Source: Sminthopsis crassicaudata
Taxonomy: Eukaryota
NCBI RefSeq assembly: GCF_048593235.1
Contig: NC_133618.1
Location: 676,060,361-676,124,360 of the forward strand
DNA length: 64,000 nucleotides
Direction of reading: 5' to 3'
Numbering within the stretch: the first letter of the stretch is position 1; every line of letters starts with the position of its first letter. Shown in pieces: positions 60,353-64,000 of the stretch. The notes beneath the pieces were generated by a model that was not told where the DNA came from, did not search any database, and saw nothing but the letters and a program-made list of their open reading frames with translations. A program made the translations under genes and the position numbers.

Positions 60353-63300
60353 TTGATCTGAAGGCCTCTCGGAACACAAGAAACCACACAGCTTGAGAGC
60401 AATGGGGAAGAATTTGCCCTCAAAAAATGTTAGATATTTTTTACTGTCACCTTCAACAAGTTGAAAGTTTTCTCCAAGATTCCATAAACCATGCTCCTGA
60501 AAGTTTGTAAACCTGTGTAGATTAGCTGCATTTTGGTCTTTTTATCCCCTTAAGCTGAAGACCCAACTTCTCACAATGTAAAATAATAGGAATTCAAAAA
60601 ATATTCCATGCATTGTTCATCATACCCTGATTCTTTGCCGTAGGAAAATAAAAAAAGACATCTAGGGCTTTGGAGGAGTGAATATTTTCCTCGTGTTGAC
60701 TCCCAAAGCTTTCACAGAATTGGAAACTATTTTCACATTCTACAGAGGAGGGTGATTTCAAAGACCTTACCAAGGGTGGGTTATAGGGAATGGGGAAGTT
60801 GGTGCTCCATGTTAGAGAGCATCTCCTTCTAATCCTCTACCTCCACTCCACTACCCCTGAACTATCCACAAGAACAAAACAAGTCACCCTTGTCTTCTTA
60901 GGGCTTATATTCCATAAGGAGATGCAAGGGCTATATAGATTAGAATAATATTGTGAGGGACAGCTTGCTCACTCCTGGGTAGATTGGAAGCTGAGACTCT
61001 TAAGAAGAAGAGAGAGAGCAGGAGTTCGGTTATTGCACAGGAGAGATTTTGCTGAGGAGGTAGAAAAAAGAGGGGAGAAAGTAATTTCTAGAAAAGAAAT
61101 ATTTTGGGAAATATTTCTGTTGCAAAATGCTGATGATGAATTATTGGAATTTGGATTTCAGACGATTGTCTTAGATACTCTCATGTATAAAAAGGGAGAA
61201 AAATAGCTGCTACTTTCCAGTTGAAACCAAAAAGGATGGGCTTGAAGGGAAAATAGTCTATTAAGGAGAAAAGAAATCGTAGCTGTGCTGCTTGTACCTG
61301 ATGGGGAAATAAGGGACTCTTGAAATGTCAAGAAGAACAAAATGTGAACACCATGGACAGGGAGGGACACAGCGTTCCCTGCCATAGCTGAATAGAGGAG
61401 GATTTAAAAAGTAATGAGTAAATGAGCTTGACCTTATGTCTTCTGGGGGATGAGATGGAGACCTGAAAGTTTGTTCCTCTAACTTCTTTCTCTTTCCTAC
61501 TTTCACAATTTATATGCTTTTTTCTTTATCTTGTCTGTTATTCCCTAAATATTCTTTNNNNNNNNNNNNNNNNNNNNNNNNNNNNNNNNNNNNNNNNNNN
61601 NNNNNNNNNNNNNNNNNNNNNNNNNNNNNNNNNNNNNNNNNNNNNNNNNNNNNNNNNNNNNNNNNNNNNNNNNNNNNNNNNNNNNNNNNNNNNNNNNNNN
61701 NNNNNNNNNNNNNNNNNNNNNNNNNNNNNNNNNNNNNNNNNNNNNNNNNNNNNGACTTTTTTGTAGAAGAAAAATTCTTATGCAAAAGATAAAATAGATA
61801 AATCTAATTCCATCAAATAGAAAGGCTTTAGCATAAGCAAAATCAATGCAAGGAAGAAAAGGGAAGCTATCTATTTTTTTTTTTTTTAATTTGATTTGCA
61901 CCTGATATTCAGGGCTTATTGGGAACTAATGTAAAGATATCAGAACAAGTCCCATCCCCTGATGGATTAGTAGAAAGGGAAATGAACTTATTCAGAAAAC
62001 TGCAAATCCATAATCCTCTCATAAAGAGAATGGTAGTTTGAAAGAAGCAAATAGAGAGCTGATTTAAGTGAAAATTTCCTAATGGTTGGTATTTCCCAAA
62101 GTGAGATGATGCCCGAGGATTTAGTGAGTTCCTACTCTTTAGATGATGCAAGAAAAAAGTCTGTGACCACTCGGCATATTTATTTCATTAGTAAGTACCA
62201 TGAACATTTGATTTTACTTTAGTTTCTGAGGTCCCTGATGACTCTTAAATTCTGAGATCCCAACCTGTTTAAATGCTGGCTCTCCTGCTGCACTTCTTGA
62301 GGATAAAGACCATCACACTTTTGCATCTGTATTTCCTGTACCTACCTAGCTCAGTGCTTGACACATGGATAGGTACTTGATGGATCTTAAGGGATATTTA
62401 GAATTAGAAGAGAAGGAGTCTGGTTGTTCAATTGTCACTCAATTCATTTAGAGGATGTTTAGGTACAGAAGACCAATTGGCAGAGATTTCAAATCAGTAA
62501 GATTCTGTTTTTGTTGTTTATCCTCATGTCACCTCTGCTGGAATGGATTGAATTTCTATGAAAAGATCTTTCAAGTTCCATGGGCAAGATAAAGAACAAC
62601 GTTCTGAAGGAGCAGTCAAAATGTCTTTGGGAGATTTTCACAATGTTACCAATCTTGGGCCATTCTCTCAGCAAACCAGGTGCAAGACATTGGTCTTAAG
62701 TGAGGTTGTAGATTTGGGTAACAGACATAGCTATGATCAATCATTCTAAAGTGTTCGTGACCGAGCTCAGATCAATCCACTCAATAAATCCAATTTGTTC
62801 TGCTTTTTCAGGGGGAAATATACATTAAAGGAGAGCTTTGGTCCCCTAAACATACTTGCTGCTGCTGAGAATTTTCTCTTGTAGATTTTTAGCTTTTAAA
62901 CAATGAGATAGTAGCTTCAAAAGGATAATATTTTATTATATATTTATTATTATATATTTATTATTATATTATATATATATTATTATATATTTATTATTAT
63001 AAAAGAATATTTTTATAAAAATAAAAGATGATAAGGTAATGATTGTAATGATGAGAACTGGTGTTGCTATATCATGTTAAAATTTGCAAAGTGATTTACA
63101 TAGATTAATTTGGTCTGCTTCTCCATGGGGCAGCTGCTATTATACCTCTATTTATATCTCTATATCTATTATATCTCTGAGACTATGAGGACTGGGACTA
63201 TTTTTTTTTTTTTTTGCCCTTTGTATATCTGTTGATTGATACAGAGCCTGGCATATCAAAGTAAACAATTAATATATCTCTGTTGAAATGAATAAATTTT

Positions 63301-64000
63301 GCAGATAAGGAAATGATTGCTCAGAAACATTAAGTCAAATCAGCAAGCCTGTTCCGTGGGTGTCTGGTTCCATGCTAATCACTGGGGATACATAGACAGA
63401 TAGAAGTTCTTTGGAAGCTTACTTTCTCCAGTATAATCAATTTAACTCTAGAGGTAATCTGGAAGTCACTTTCATTTCATGGATGAGGGAACTTCATTCT
63501 CTGGGACAAAGTGATTTGACCAGGGTCATACAGCAAGGACATGTTGGGCCTTGAACTTGGGCCTCGTCTTGGGTCATCTCTGCTAGATTTAGGGCTCTCC
63601 CTCACCTATATTAAAATATCAGGACATTGATAGTATAAATTCCATTATGTTTTGAAATAATTCAATGGACAGAAGACTAGGCCCAGATTCAGGAAGACGA
63701 GAATTCAAATCCAGTTCCAGACACTTGAACTTCACCTCAGTTTTTCTTCTTATTTTATTGAGATGATTTATAGCATCATCATCATCCCTGATGAGCCACT
63801 GGGTTTCTCACCCACTGTTTCTCCAGTGACTAATGGCTCTAAATTATTTATATATGTTAAGTAGTGTGAAAGAATGAAAAAGTAGATATTTATTTCTATG
63901 CTTCCAGCTCTCAGGACCACTTCCGTCTCCCACAGCAGCCAGTCCAGAACGTGGCTGCTGAGCTAGTGCCCTCTTCAATGCCAAAAGAGGTTTCCTGTTT

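Noticed and set aside
23303-61753. N runs (23303-23480, 23972-24182, 30768-31105, 37432-38172, 40570-41033, 48552-48718, 61558-61753) as assembly gaps or hidden genes
   Set aside because: Lengths are irregular, most are flanked by simple repeats, and one contains short unmasked ATCCAT islands. This fits hard-masked microsatellites. ORFs spanning them are open only because of X residues.

Overview
Marsupial (most likely dasyurid) autosomal DNA lying inside the DOCK1 gene. The taxon call rests on WSINE1-type and Mar1-type SINEs, dasyurid-like L1 3' ends and an OC1-type hAT MITE. Two DOCK1 coding exons are on + (22384-22511, 23093-23188). The very large intron that follows hosts the last two coding exons of the nested antisense gene INSYN2A/FAM196A on - (49140-49211, 33072-33255). 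The rest is intron. It carries three tandem arrays, each with higher-order structure: a CpG-rich 54-bp array of at least 10.8 kb (about 200 units, left end outside the window), a 20-copy 118-bp array built on a MIR/L2 tail in which every copy folds into a 52-nt hairpin, and a 37-copy G-rich 22-bp array near an INSYN2A exon. All three units resemble CORE-SINE (MIR) 3' sequence. The best candidate for something new is the 118-bp hairpin array, a possible SINE-derived small-RNA cluster, though this is a hypothesis only. The long ORFs in the track are repeat artefacts, and the N runs look like masked simple repeats. No prokaryotic features, rRNA, tRNA genes or CRISPR arrays were found. All family calls are from recalled consensus sequences, not database searches.
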